NCBI RefSeq assembly: GCF_009914755.1
Contig: NC_060943.1
Length of the DNA stretch: 64,000 nt
Strand: one strand, 5' to 3'
From: the human T2T-CHM13v2.0 reference genome, Homo sapiens
Positions 10,754 to 24,735 of the stretch are shown in pieces. The position numbers were made by a program, and so were the translations under genes. The first letter of the stretch is position 1, and every line of letters begins with the position of its first letter. The notes under the pieces are model-generated. The model worked only from the letters and a program-made list of their open reading frames with translations. It made no database searches and had not been told where the DNA came from.

Positions 10754-11559
10754 TGGGCACAGGATCCGCAGGTCTCAACATCTCACACCTGAGTGGGAGG
10801 GGATCTTGAAGAAGAGTCAAAGGTGACTCTGAGCCCCAAAGTTTACAGCCACCTTGCCCTTCCAAGGCAAGAGTGTGGCAGATAAAGTCATGAACTTGAG
10901 AGTTCAGGTGGCAAGAGAGTGGGGCCAGGCCAACCATTGTGCCAGATCATGTTCTGAGCTCCTCTCCACATGTGGTCCAGGAGTTCATCATGCACCATTT
11001 CTCAGTGCAGACTTAGGAGATTCAGAGACAGAAGCTCCTGGCCTCTGGCTTCACAGTCTGGCAGGAGTTCAAGTCCTGCCTCCAGGCAACCCAGGGCCTG
11101 GGTCGAGACATGACTGACAGGAGTAGGAACAAACTATCTAACTGTGCTGGGGATTACCCGGTCAGATTTTAGAGATAAAGAGCCCCGCTGGAGGAGAATA
11201 CCTGGAGGCTAGGTTCAGCATAGGAGGACAGAGAGGGGAGATGGGAGGTAAGGCTGAGAGGGGCCATGAGTGGATGGGGCCAGGGACAGGAGGGCAGAGA
11301 TGGGGGACCCTGAGTGGAGTCCTTATTCTGCCCTCCCCTTGCCCTAACTGTGGGTAGTGAGCCCCTCCTGGACTCAGGCTTCCCATCTGGGAAATGTGAT
11401 GTCAGATAAGGCCTTAGAGGGGGACAGAGGAGGGATCACAGGAAAATGGGCCTTAGATGGGGACAGATGAAAGATTCTGAGGAGGGAGTGAAGGGAAGGG
11501 GCTGGCAGCTAGCACTTTAGCTGCTGTGTGTCAGTCTCTGCTCTTTGCAAAAGACAATA

Positions 11560-12330
11560 TGCAAAGTTCTTTTACTGTGTACTGGACTCTAAATAAAGCA
11601 CACCTACCATGTGCCAGGTACTCTGTATACATGTTGTGTACTGTGTGCCAAGTGCTCTATGAAAAGTGTGTCCACTGTGTGCTGGGCGCTCTACAGAAAA
11701 TCTTGCTTCTTTGTTCTCGGTCCTCTATATAAAGTGAAATTTGTGCGGAGTAACTTATGTAAAGTGTACCTACTCTGCACCTGCTGCTCTATATAAAACA
11801 CACCTACTGTGTGTCAGATGTTCTATGTAGAGCATGTTTACTACGTGCCTGGTGATCTATGTCAAGTGCACCTACTGTGTGTCAAGTGCTCTACATAAAG
11901 CGTGCCTACTCTGGGTGCTGGGTACTCTTCATAAACTGTGACTCCATGTGTCCGGTACTCTACATAAAGCACACCTACTGTATGCCAGATGCTCTACATA
12001 AAGTGTTCTTTCTGTGTGTCAAGTGCTCTACATAAAGCGTGCCTACTCTGGATGCTGGGTACTCTTCATAAACTCTGACTCTGTGTGGCCGGTACTCTAC
12101 ATAATGCACACCTACTGTGTGCCAGATGCTCTATATAAAGTGTTTTTTCTGTGTGTCAAGTGCTCCACATAAAGTAAAACTACTCTATGTAAAGTTCTTG
12201 ACATAAAGAATGCCTACTGTGTGCAAGGCACTCTCCACAAAGCACTCCTACTATGTGGCAGGGGCTCTAGGTAAAGCATGCCTACTGTGTTCCACCTACT
12301 CTAGGTCAAGTGCACCTGCTCATGTCAGAT
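11560..12330. repeat. Degenerate ~34-bp minisatellite with a 137-bp higher-order repeat
   Basis: Recurrent cacctactgtgtgccaRRtgctctacataaag. GTCAAGTGCTC recurs at 11881, 12018 and 12155 (137-bp spacing). Confidence 0.85.
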
Positions 12331-13947
12331 GCTCACCCGCGTCACCATGCCCAAAGCCTTCACACCAACCTCCCCTCGGTTCTCTGAGCCAGAGCCCTGG
12401 GATTGTTGGAGAGACCTGAGTGATGGCATCCAGAGAAGGGAATGCATCCATTTAACAAAAGAGCAAACTGAGTCTCAGAGAGGGCAGGCCTCTAGCCCAA
12501 GTTACAGAGCTCACAGGAAGCCAGGTTTGTGAGATCCTCAAGCCCAAACCTTTTTCCTCTGCCATGCTGTTCTGCACCCATTCATTAGGGTCAATGCCAT
12601 ATTAATACAGGGACATGTATAAATGGAGGAATCTCAGGCAATGTCATGGTCCCAGAGGGGAAATATCTTGAGGTCTCTGAATCAGCACCTGGCTCCTCCT
12701 CCCACACCCCGGATGCTCCACCCAACAGACCCAGGGCTCCCCTCCTGGCCCTCCTTGTATCCTGTCCAGAATTGCCCTGCCGGGTGGACTTGGGTGAGGG
12801 GGTGCTTGAAGGATGGGGCTCCTAGCACAGCTGCTAAGCAGGAGGGCAGGGAAGACAGTGCTCCTGACACTGGCTGGGTGTTGGGGAGCCCCAAAGCCTC
12901 CCCCACCCCACCACCACTGCCAGCTCAATCAGCCAGGGGATTCAGGCTCCTGGCCCTACAGCCTCAGTGGGGTAGGGTGCATCCCCCAAAATCCCTACTC
13001 CCTCTGCAAGGACAGACCTCACCTACTGGCAGTTCCATCCCTGTTAGGCTCAGGGAGCAAAGCCAGAGTTTGATGAACAGGCGGGGTTATAGGGACACAG
13101 AAGAAAGCGCTCCCAGTGGCTAGAGGGGTTTGGCACACTGTAGACCACCTGTGTGCCTGGGATGAGCAGGCAGCCTAGAGCAGGAATGGTGGCCACCACC
13201 ATTTGCCGACATAACCTACACAGCCTGTTTTAAGTCCTTTAAGTATATTAGTCACCTTGTTTTTCATTTTACAAATGAAACATTAAGCCTGGAAGATACT
13301 TAAGTGACCACCCACAGTTGCACAGCTGGTGGAGCCGGGCTATACACCCAGACCTCCCACCCAGCCTCACATTGTGCTACCCTCACCACCGGGCCGTGCT
13401 CCTTCACGTCTGTAAATGGGCGTTTCAGCAGCACCCACCTCACATGGTTGTCATAATACTTAAAAAGACAATGCATGCAAAATGCACAAGGCAGACTAAA
13501 GGTTCAGCAAGTGCAACTCACTGTTCCTGCTGTTGTTGCAGTTGCTGTGTAAGCTGCATATGGGGTTTGACCTGGATCCCACAGGGGGCAGAGACATGGC
13601 CTTGCACTGTATTAGAGAAGGGACCTAAAGGTCCAGCCTGTCCTCACCACGTGTTCTCTTTGGCTGTAGATTATGGCTAGGGGAGCAACCTCCTAGACAC
13701 AGGAGGCTTGGCCTGAATCCAGAAGAGTTATCTGTGGTGAAGTAGTAACAGAAAATTTGAACACCTGTTAGGTGTTAAGGCAGACTCACAGGTGGATTCT
13801 TGCAGGGGAGATGCCAGCTGTTCTGGTTCTGGGAACTGAACAATCCGTGGAGCCCAGCCTCCCATCTAGTGAAGAAGTGAGCTCTACACAGCCCAGCTAC
13901 TGCATCCATGAGAGTCTCTGCTTGAATGTCCCCCAACATGGAGACCT

Positions 13948-13987
<40 letters not shown>

Positions 13988-13998
13988 TGCCTTTACAG

Positions 13999-14539
13999 CA
14001 GTGGTCCCCAACCCTTTTGGCACCAGGGACCAGTTTCGTGGAAGACAATTTTTCCACAAGTTGCAGCAGGGGGAGGAGAGGCAAAGATGGTTTCAGGATG
14101 ATTCAGGTGCATCACATTTATTGTGCACTTTATTTCTATTATTATTACATTGTAATATATAATGAGGTAATTATACAACTCACCGTCATGTAGAATCAGG
14201 GAGCCCTGTGCTTGTTTTCCTGCAACTAGATGATCCCATGTGGCGGTGATGGGAGACAGTGACAGATCATCAGGCATTAGATTTTCATAAGGTGCACACA
14301 ATCTAGATTCCCTGCATGTGCATTTCACAGTAGGGTTTGCACTCCTTTGAGAATCTAATGCTGCTACTGATCTGACTGAGCATTACTGAGCTCAGGCAGT
14401 AATGCGAGTGATGTAGAGCGACTCTAAATACCGAAGAAGTTTTGCTCATTTGCCCACCGCTCACCTTCTGCTGTGTGGTACAGTCCCTAACAGGCCACAG
14501 ACCAGTACCAGTCTGCTGCCTGGAGGTTGGGGGTCCCTG
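13999..14539. mobile_element. MER1A-like hAT/Charlie non-autonomous DNA transposon
   Basis: TIRs cagtggtccccaacc / ggttgggggtccctg. 8-bp TSD ctttacag at 13991-13998 and 14540-14547. Confidence 0.9.
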
Positions 14540-14764
14540 CTTTACAGAATATTAGAGGGTAGATACTCTACGGAAATGAGCCTCAAACTCAACCAGTTCT
14601 AAATCAATGAGAAAGGGGATCATTTAAAATGCATCTTCCTCTATGTACACACATGTCAAGGGAGGCAAGATATGAGGCTAAGGGATTGAGGTACAGAACA
14701 GCAGGTATGTCTGCAAGATTTTCACAGAAATTAGGTGAACAGTGCACACATGCATACACTTCTA

Positions 14765-15055
<291 letters not shown>

Positions 15056-15736
15056 CTCTTGAACATGGAAACCCAAGAGAAATCTTAAAAACTGAGTTCC
15101 CAGCTATGATGGGAGGGGATGTCGGCTATGCCTCAGTATGTCCCTTCCTTATTAATCTTTAACCAGAATTATCTCCAGTCCTATCTCCTTTGAGACTGGA
15201 ATCTTCCCATCCTTTGCAGGAGCTAAAGCCTCCCTGGGCAGAGAGCCCTTGTGTGCTGGAGGAAGAGGTGGAGGCTGCAGGTTCCTGAACGCCCCCTGAG
15301 GCTCCTCCTGGCCCCTCCAGACCCAGAGGACAGCCCTTCCAGGGTGGTTTCCTGGGGAGGCCCATGGGAATGACCTGCTGGGAAGGCCACTGCAGGAATA
15401 AAGCTCACAGCACCAGTTTAAGGAGGCCTTTGTCTGGCTCCTACACTTGCCTACAGGTACCCCCTGAAAACACCTTAAAAGGCTGCTTTTTCTGCATTTG
15501 CCTTATGGCCACTTGATTGAAGGCAGCCCCAGGTGGAGGGGAACCAAGAGGATATGGGTACAAGGGCAGAGTCAGAGAGTTGTGGATGGAGCTGCCCAGC
15601 CGGCGGTTGGGGTGCAGAACTGAGGAGACAGGGAAGAGAGAGATCTCAGGCTTAGGTGGCTGCCTGGGGTCTGTTTTTCCCACACAGAGCACCTGGCTGT
15701 TCAGCCAGCCCAGGTACCCATTGCAGCTTATAGGTC

Positions 15737-15959
15737 AACGGTCCTCAAGTGAATGTGATTGTGGCCCCCAGGAGACATGTGGTCATGTCCAGAGATACTC
15801 TGGTTGTCAGGACTTGTGGGGAGGGGGTGATTTTCCTACTAGCATTTAAGGGATTGAGGTAAAGGACGCCGCTAAATGTCAGACAATTCACAGGACAGCT
15901 CCCACTATGAAGAATGATCCGGTCCCAAATGTCACGAGTGCTGAGATTGAGAAACCCTG
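15737..15959. mobile_element. MER20-like hAT DNA transposon
   Basis: Ends ggtcccaaatgtcacgagtgctgagattgagaaaccctg, a typical MER20 terminus; ~220 bp. Confidence 0.75.
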
Positions 15960-18099
15960 TTCTAGGTATATTTTGTCTCCACTGTTGTGTCCTTGCTAAC
16001 CTGGTTGCAAGAGGTAGGATGGAGCTGGATGCATTCCAGTGCTGTGAGATGTTTGCTCTGCACCTGTGTGTGAGCCATCCGCAGTGATACCAGAGTAGGC
16101 AGAATTCTGTCCACCTGTCAGAGGAGATGGGGGACTGCAGCCTCGAGAGCTGTGGCTGCTCCAGCAAGCAGGAGGCAGGATGGTGGAATGTAGGGGTGAA
16201 GCAGGAGCTTGAGGAGAGGGGGAAGGTTGGATCAGACTCTTGGTTGGATCAGACACTGTGTTGTGTCATTGCCAGGAATACTAAGGTCCCTGCTAGGGTT
16301 GGAGACCATGCATCTAGAATGGGGTCAGTGAGTGACATCTGGTACAGAATGATACAAACAAACCAGCTCAGAAGACCAAAATCATCATCAGTCAATGACA
16401 ATGACTTTTACGAGGTGGACTCTCACAGTGCTCTGGTTACTCCTGTTTTTCACTTGGGGAGAGGAGCCTCAGAGCTGCAAAGTCCTTTCTCCAAAGACAC
16501 ACAGTGAGAGCTGGGGTTTCCACCCTGGGTCTGATGCCTCCACAACTTGTAAACATTTCAGAAAATTCTCTCTGGAAGCCAGAGTGGAGTGTGTGCAGAG
16601 GAGAGGAGATAAGGAGGAGGATGGGGCAGCGGTCCAGGAGAGAGGATGGAGAGGAGTGGAGCAGATGAAGTGCTTAATAGAAGAGAGGTTGCCCAGCAAT
16701 GGGAGGGATGGGGGAGGAAGATGGCTGACGCTGGAGTATGGTTTCTGGGTAGGGCGGCTGCATGGTCTGAAGACTTTCCTTCCATGTCATAAGCGTGGTC
16801 TTTTCATGTGGGATACGTCGTCCAGTAAAGTTCCTCATTGTCCAGGTGATTCTGTGTTCTCCAAGCGCAGGGCTGACTCCTCCTGCATGGTGGGGGTTGG
16901 GAGGGCAGATACTTGAGGACAATGTCCTATTGAGACTACTATGGGGTGTAATAATGGATGGGTCCATCGAGAACCAAGGATTTCAGAAACTCTTGTAGCA
17001 ATATGGCTCACATTATTCATAAAAATATTTTTGTTTTCTTTTATGGTAGAATTCAGGTGCAGAGGATTCAGACTGTGATATTTCCTGTTTGAGGCTTTTG
17101 ATTGACATTGGTTTGTGCAAGATCCTTTTCTTATTTCATTTGTTTATCCTCTTTCTTTCACTGTTTCCATTCTTTTCTGACAGGAGTTTTCACATACTTA
17201 ATATGCACTTTTTGATTTGTATATGCTTTTGTAAGATACACATTGCATTCTATCTGCACATATTTTTTATGTGACTATTTTAAAATGGTAAATTAATGGG
17301 CTTAATTTTATTAGAGAAGTTTTAAGTTTATAGAAATATTGATCAGAAAGTATAGAGAGTTCTCACATACGCCTCACCCCTGCATGTGGGGCCTCACCCC
17401 TGCATGTGGGGTCATCTCTCCTATTCCTGACATCTTGCATTTCTGTAGCACCTGTGCTACAATTGATGAACCAATATGGACACATTATTAACCAAGTTCT
17501 AGAGTCGTCTTTCCTTTTGTTGACATCTTGCATTCCTGTGGTATGCATGTTCCAACTGATGAACCAATATTGATGAATTATTATTAATTAAATTCCATAG
17601 TTTATATTAGGTTATACTCTTCGCATTGTGTATATGGATTTTGACAAATGACATGGATTCATTATTACTGTATCATTCAGAGTAGTTTCATGTACATATA
17701 TTTTAATGTGACCACATGGAATTATGCTAGAGAGTTCATCCTGTTTTTTGTTTTTTTCACTCAATATTATTTTAAAGGTTGACTTATATTACTATGTGTG
17801 CATCTAACTCCTGCCAAAAGCTCTATATCCTTTTTCCTCTATATCCGTTGTTTGCCTCTATATAATTTTACCTGCCTTCTCTCCAATTAGGAACAAGCAG
17901 GCTTATCCAACACCTCCACTAAAATAACTGCTGCAGGGAACATTCTCTTACATGACCCCCTATAAACAGGTTTCAGAAGTCAAGATAGATACACAGTAGC
18001 AAGGTTGCTGGTACACAGAGCACGAATCCCATTAAAAATTTTAATTTCTACCATTCTACATGCCCACTAATAGTGCAAAAGTATTTCTTTTATTATTAT

Positions 18100-18388
18100 T
18101 ATTTGAGACAGAGTCTCCCTCTGTCACCAGCGGGCTGGAGTGCTGTGGTGTGACCTCTACTTACTGAAGCCTCCACCTCCTGGGTTCAAGAATTTCTCGT
18201 GCCTCAGCCTCGGAGTAGCTGGGATTACTGGCACGCACCACCACACCTGGCTAATTTTTGTATTTTTAGTAGAAACAGGGTTTTGCCATGTTGGCGAGGC
18301 TGGTCTCAAACTCCTGGCCTCAAGTGATCCTTCTGCCTCGGCCTCCCAAAGTGCTGGGATTATAGGCGTGAGCCACCATGCCCAGCCT
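18100..18388 (-). mobile_element. Alu
   Basis: Reverse-complement Alu consensus, both arms. Confidence 0.93.
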
Positions 18389-19329
18389 AGAGTGTGTAAG
18401 TATTTCTTTCTCCTCATAGACCAATCAACCCTGGACATTTTATAATTTTGGGAATTGCAGGGGTATACAGTGAAATTCCACTACTGTTTTTTATTTTCCC
18501 CTTCCCTCCATTCTTTCCTTCCTTTCTTCTTTTCTTCCTTTTTGTTTTTCTTTTTCTTTCTTTTTTTTTTAGCATTCTTTCATTTGCCTGAGTAACTCCT
18601 ATGCATCATCTTCTCACATCTTTTGCTCATTTTTGCGTTAAGGTACCTCCTTCTTCTTGATATAACCGGTTTCTTGTTTGTTCTATGTTATTCCCTTGTC
18701 AGTTTTTAAGAAATTCCCCACACTACTTGGATGTGTTCTGTCGGTTTTAGACAATGCAAATATCTTTTCCCCATTTCCCATCTGCCTGTTAACTTCATCC
18801 TGGAAATCCTTTGTTGAATGGAAATCCTTAATGTTGATTTTTTTCATGTTTTAAAAATCATCTTAATGTTTGTGCTTTTGAAATTTTGTTTAGGAAGTCT
18901 TTCCTCAAGCCTAGCTCACAAAGTTATTCTCCTATACTTTCTTCTACTAAATTTATACTTTGACATTTGGTATTTATTTTTTGAATCCAGCTGGATTCCT
19001 CCTTTGTATGTGCTGTTAGGCAGAAAATCAGATTTACTTTGCTTCATAAAATGAGCAGTTTTTTCACTACAATGAGTAAACAATCTACCTTTTCCTCTTG
19101 ACTTGTGCCAGTACATTTATCATGTACTATATTAGGTTTTGAATAATGCAGGGATATTTTTTGAGATTTCCAATCAACTTATTCAGATCTATGTCTGTTC
19201 CATCTTTCATAATTTTAAAAATGACTATGACGCTATTGTGTGTCTCAGCATGTGGGAGAGAACAGCTCTTCTCTTGTTTCCATTTTTATAATATTAATAT
19301 GGTTCGTGCTAACATTTATGTATGTATGT

Positions 19330-19600
19330 ATTTGAGACAGAGTCTTAGTCTGTCACCCAGGCTGGAGTGCAGTGGTGCCATCTCCACTGATTGCAACCTC
19401 CACCTCTTGGTTTCAAGTGATTCTCCTGCCTTAGCCTCCTGAGTAGCTGGGATTACAGGTGCCCAACACCACGCCTGGCTAATTTTTGTATTTTCGGTAG
19501 AGACAGGGTTTTGTCTTGTTGGCCAGGCTGGTCTCAAACTCTTGGCCTCCTCAACCTCCCAAAGTGCTGGAATTACAGGTGTAAGCCACCACACTGGCCT
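19330..19600 (-). mobile_element. Alu
   Basis: Reverse-complement Alu consensus. Confidence 0.92.
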
Positions 19601-20288
19601 GACATTTATTTTTCTGAAGGAATTTTCAAATAGTTTCATTAAATGTATGGTTGATTCACTGGAACTGTAAACACAATTGTATTGAGGTTATAATTTGAGT
19701 ATGAATTGACATCATTCATACATCAAGCCATACCACCCAAGACTGTAAACTGCTCCCCGTATGTTCAGATAATCTTCTACATGTTTATTAGTATGGATTT
19801 AAAATTTTTCTCTTTGAAGGTATGGGATGCTTTGGGTTAATTCCTAGATATTTCATAGTAGAATTTTTCAAAGTATGATATGAGGACCTCTGCAGGGTGA
19901 TCCCTGAAGTCTTTATTTTTTCTAATTATATATTAGAATATATTTTCATCATATGCCTCAACTAAGACATCATACAGGCTCCCACCACCACACCCGGCTA
20001 ATTTTTTGTATTTTTTTTTTAGTAGAGACGAGGTTTCACCATGTTATCCAGGATGGTCTTGATCTCCTGACCTCGTGATCTGCCCACCTCGGCCTAGGAT
20101 TACAGGCGTGAGCCACCGCGCCTGGCACATATTGCCACAGACTGAATAAAGAAAGAAATGTGAGCATCAAGCTGTTTCCTGCCAAGCCAGGACATACGAT
20201 GTTTTTGCTAAAACGTCAAACAAGGCTACTCTTCTCACGGAATGTTTTTTCTTAATGTGGTTATTTGCCTGAAAATGTTACTTATATT

Positions 20289-20791
20289 TGTAAGAGTTAA
20301 AGAAAGAAGAAAGAAACACGAAACATGGCTTGGCAGTTAAAGACAGGTTTACTTTAGATAAAACCTGAGGGGGGGCTTCTGGCCAATTTCAGTCAGGAGA
20401 AGTTTCTCTTACACACTAAGAGTACATATTGGTTTTAGGGTGAGGGGCTTATCACAAGCTTGGAATGTTTCTGTGTGGGGGAGAAGTTTTATGGCAGGGT
20501 TGGAATGTCTCTGGGAGGAGGGGAGGTTATCTTGGGGCTGACATCTTTCCGGCCGGGTGGGAGTGATCTTGAGGCTGGCATCTTCCCAGCCAGAGGAGGC
20601 AAATCTCGGGGCCAGCATGTCTCTCACTGGGGAGGAGTTTGGAATATTTCTGGCTGGAGATGTTATTTATGGTTTATGGTTGTGCTGACCTTAGCCATTA
20701 GCCTGACACCCTTTGGATTTAGGCGGTTTTTTATTAAGGGGAATTTTAGAATGAGGGGCTTGTCCAAGATAGTGATGCTCCTGCTCTGTCA
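20289..20791 (-). mobile_element. ERV1-class solo LTR (LTR38-like, name uncertain)
   Basis: TG...CA termini, flanked by atatt on both sides. Same family as 53681-54155 in the opposite orientation. Confidence 0.8.
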
Positions 20792-21849
20792 ATATTAGCA
20801 TGCAATAGGTTCATTATTGCTCTTTTAAATGTACTAATAACTAATATTTTAAATGATTTTCAATTTTCATTTCCAATATGGTAAAAAACAATGATAGTTC
20901 TAAGCCACAATAAACAAAAGCCCTTTAGAGTGCTCAGTAATTTGGGTGTGTAAAGGAATCCTGAGACATGTTTCTTTATATTTTTCTTTATATTTTGTGC
21001 ATTTGAAATTTTGCTTAGGAAGTCTTTCCTCGTGCCTAGATTACAAAGTTATTATCCTACACTTTCTCCTATTAAATGTAAAGATAATGGCAAAGAGTGC
21101 AACTACTTTTGCACCAACCTAATAGTTTGTGTTGCTGTTGGGAATCTTCTCCTTCTCTGTATTCAACTTCTATTTCTTGAATGCTTGTTACTGGTGTGAT
21201 ACTAGGAGGATCACTGGGATTTTTGCCAGCTGACCTTGCCTTCTGCATCACTGGGCTCTGTTATTGTTCCAATAGATTATACCATCATTCTTTTATCTTT
21301 TATATGTAGATGATCACGTCTCTTCGCTTCCAGTCCTCAGATACCTTAGATACTTTGTTTCTTTTTCTTGCCTTATAACATCACTCACGACTTTCAGCTC
21401 CATGTTAAAGAACAGCAGAGTTAGTGAGTATCCTTGGCTTTTTCTTGATCCTAAAATAATGCATCAAAAAGTTTCTTCATTTAGTGTATGTAGTATTTGC
21501 TAATTTTGTGCTATATATTCTATATTTAGCTAAGAAAATCTCCTTGAATTTTGTGTTGTGAAGTGTTCTTTAAAAATCATAAATAGGAGTAGAGTTTAAG
21601 AAAAACATATTTATGCCTTTATTGAAATAATCATGATTTTTCTTTTTTAATCAACTCCTGTGATAAATCATATGATAGGTTTTCTGATGTTAGCCATCCT
21701 TGTCATTTGTGAAATAAATCTATACCACTTTATTATGGTAAACCATTTTTAATATACCATTAAATTTGACTAGGTTATGGTTTTATTCTGGAATTTAAAA
21801 TCTGCATGGATAGGTGAAGTAGGCCTATAGTTGTCTCTTTTTCTTTTTT

Positions 21850-22145
21850 TTTTCTTTCTTTTTATTTTTTGAGACAGAATTTTGCTCTTGTTGCCCAGGC
21901 TGGAGTGCAATGGTGCAATCTCAGCTCACCACAACCTCCACCTCCCGGGTTGAAGTGATTCTCCTGCTTCAGCCTCCCAAGTAGCTAGGATTACAGGCAT
22001 GCACCACCACACCTGGCTAATTTTGTATTGTTAGTACAGATGGGGTTTCTCCATGTTTTTCAGGCTGGTCACGAACTCCCGTGATCCACCCGCCTCAGCC
22101 TCCCAAAGTGCTGGGATTACAGGCGTGAGCCACCACCCCTGGCCA
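21850..22145 (-). mobile_element. Alu (AluSq/Sp-like)
   Basis: Reverse Alu with the ttttgctcttgttgcccagg signature. Confidence 0.92.
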
Positions 22146-23322
22146 ATTTGTCTCTTTTTTCAGCAAATATTCTTACCTGATTTTAGACTGAGATTGCATT
22201 AACCTGCTGAGATGTGCTGGTCAGATTTCCTAACACTTTTCTATGTTTTTGAAGCTCATGTATAAGATACTAACTGTTTCTTAACATAATAATAATTGCT
22301 AAACTTTAATAAAACCCACTGGGGCAAAGATTTTAGAGAAAGACCATCTTTGACTACCATTTCAATTTATTTAAAGCTTATTTGAGCATACAAGGTCCCC
22401 ATTTTTCTTGAACCAGTTTTAGAATTTTATATTTTTCTGAGTATTTGGTCATTTCATCTACAAAGTAAATTTATTATTTTTTAAAACTTATTAATTTAAA
22501 CATATCCATTTTCTCTGTAATTATTTACCATTTTTAATTTGGAGTTTTGTTATTGGCACCTTCTCCTTGTTTCCCTCTATCTTCTCAATCTTTTCTCATG
22601 CGTGATTTTGGCTTTATTAAGCATGAACTTTTCTTGAGGCAGTTTCTTGATAAATCTATTTAGTGCCATGTATTTCCCTCAAAGTACTATTTTAGGTTAA
22701 AATGTTGACATTCAATATTTGAATAATCATTTAATTCTAAAGCTTTCTTAATTTTTATAATTTACTGTTGAACCTGAAGATTATTCAATTATATAGTTAG
22801 CTTCCAAGCATATGAGATTTGAAAAGCTATTTCTTCTCTATTAATTTTTAATGTTAATGCATTATCATTTAAATAACATTTATACTTTGGAATTAAAGAA
22901 TTTTTTATATCTTAATGAAATGTCAGTTTTTGTAAAAGTATCCATGTGCTTGAAAAAATATTTATTCTCTGGTGAAGAGTCTAATATATAATAGCTAATA
23001 TTTATTAATTGCATTGTAATTATTAATTGCATTGCAATTAATAATTAATAAATTACATTTCTGAACTCTGTTAAACTTTCGAACTATAATATCTATCTGT
23101 CATTGATTTAGTTATTATTCCAGGATTATTATCCTTAATATTCCAGGATATATAGTAATGTAGACATTATATTTATGCTGATTGCTATAATGTTCTTTTA
23201 AATGGTGTGAATATTATTCTCTATCCTTTAGCGTGTGTGATTTCAAAATTTTAGCATGCATCAAGTAACAACATTTTTCTTCACAGCCGAAATAACCAGA
23301 TTGCACTTTTAAAAAATAATTA

Positions 23323-23602
23323 GTTGGGCATGGTGGCTCATGCCTGTAATCCCAGCACTTTGGGAGGATGACATAGGAAGATCACTTGAGGCCAGGAGTT
23401 AGAGACTAGTTTGGGCAAGAATGTGAGGCCCAGTCTCTATGGAAAAAAATTTTTTTTAATTAGACAGGTGAGGTGGCACACAACTGTAGTCCCAGCTATT
23501 TAGGAGGCTGAGGCAGAGGATTGCTTGAGCCCAGGAGTTCCGGGATGCAGTGAATCACGATCCTACTCTAACCTGGGGGACAGAGCAAGACCTGTCTCTA
23601 AA
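23323..23602 (+). mobile_element. Alu (AluJ-like)
   Basis: Diverged Alu with gaggattgcttgagcccagg. Confidence 0.9.
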
Positions 23603-24735
23603 TAATTAGTAATTAGATCAATAATAATGCTTTAATATTACTCATACCTAATCATTCATTCATACTATAATCAAAATGTTCTCCATTGCCTTAAAAATAC
23701 TTACAGCTGGTTATGGAAATCAAGATTCAACTGGTCCCCTATGTTGCATCCAGTTGCTATGTCCCCGAATCTCTCTTATCTTTTGGATGAGCCTTTATCA
23801 ATGAGACCAGACCAATTGTTCTGTGGAATTATCCACCTTCTGAATTTTTCTGAAAGCTTCCTCACATTGTCATTTAGCTTATTCCTCCATCTTCTGTACA
23901 ATGATTATTCTTTTTGACTAGTGGGCATCTTTTCAATCTAGTACTTGCAGTCTTTTAATATTATCCCATTACTTAGTGAAGGTTTCATTTCACACTGGTA
24001 CAAGATATCCAAGGCTTTCTTCCATGTCCAGATCACAGATTTGCCATGTCTCAAGGAACTCTGGTTCCCTGCAGTGGCATATGGTATTAAAGACATTGTG
24101 ATCACTGTTTCCTTAGATTCCACCTTTTATTATTATTAAGATTGCAACCTCAGCTTTTATTTGGTGCATATTTGTCTGACATGTATGTATCCAGCCATTT
24201 CTTTTCAAATTTTCTGTTCAATTTTTTTAGAATAGTAAATGTACCATTTGAAATTAGATGGCATAAATGAGTACCAATAAAACAGTATTAAAATAAATGT
24301 AAATGGGTTAAATAAGCAACTAAAAGACAAAGACTCCCAGGGAAAAAAGATTTAAACCCCAAGATCAAAATACATGTTTTCTAGAACTGGCACATTATCA
24401 AGAGAACCTGACCCTGATCATCTGTGCTGGTCTCTAATGGCTCCAAGTATTGAACCTTTTCTTTATGTTAGTCAGTGTTAATAGAAACCCAATTAGTAGC
24501 CAAAATCTGACTTGATCATCTAATATAGTGATCTCATTTGATCTTTGTCACATTGCTGAATGTTAAGAACTATTATTATTTATTCCATTTTACAGATGAG
24601 GAAAGTGAGACCCAGAAAATTCTGCTGGTTGTTGAATAGCATAGAGCTGTTGAGTTGCCATTTGGTCTGTGATAGAGTCTATGTTTTAACCACTGTCACT
24701 TAATTTTGTTTCTGATCTCACCAGATACAGTATCC

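Noticed and set aside
17371-17590. 20-bp perfect tandem duplication and a nearby ~70-bp imperfect duplication
   Set aside because: Small slippage events inside old L1-like sequence; nothing suggests function.
23938-24139. Short ORFs as a possible processed pseudogene fragment
   Set aside because: Sequence resembles old L1M 3'UTR (caaggaactctggttcc...tggtatta); peptides not recognisable.
24706-24735. Longer 326-aa OR10H4 start
   Set aside because: TTG start lying across the acceptor region; the first ATG is at 24736.
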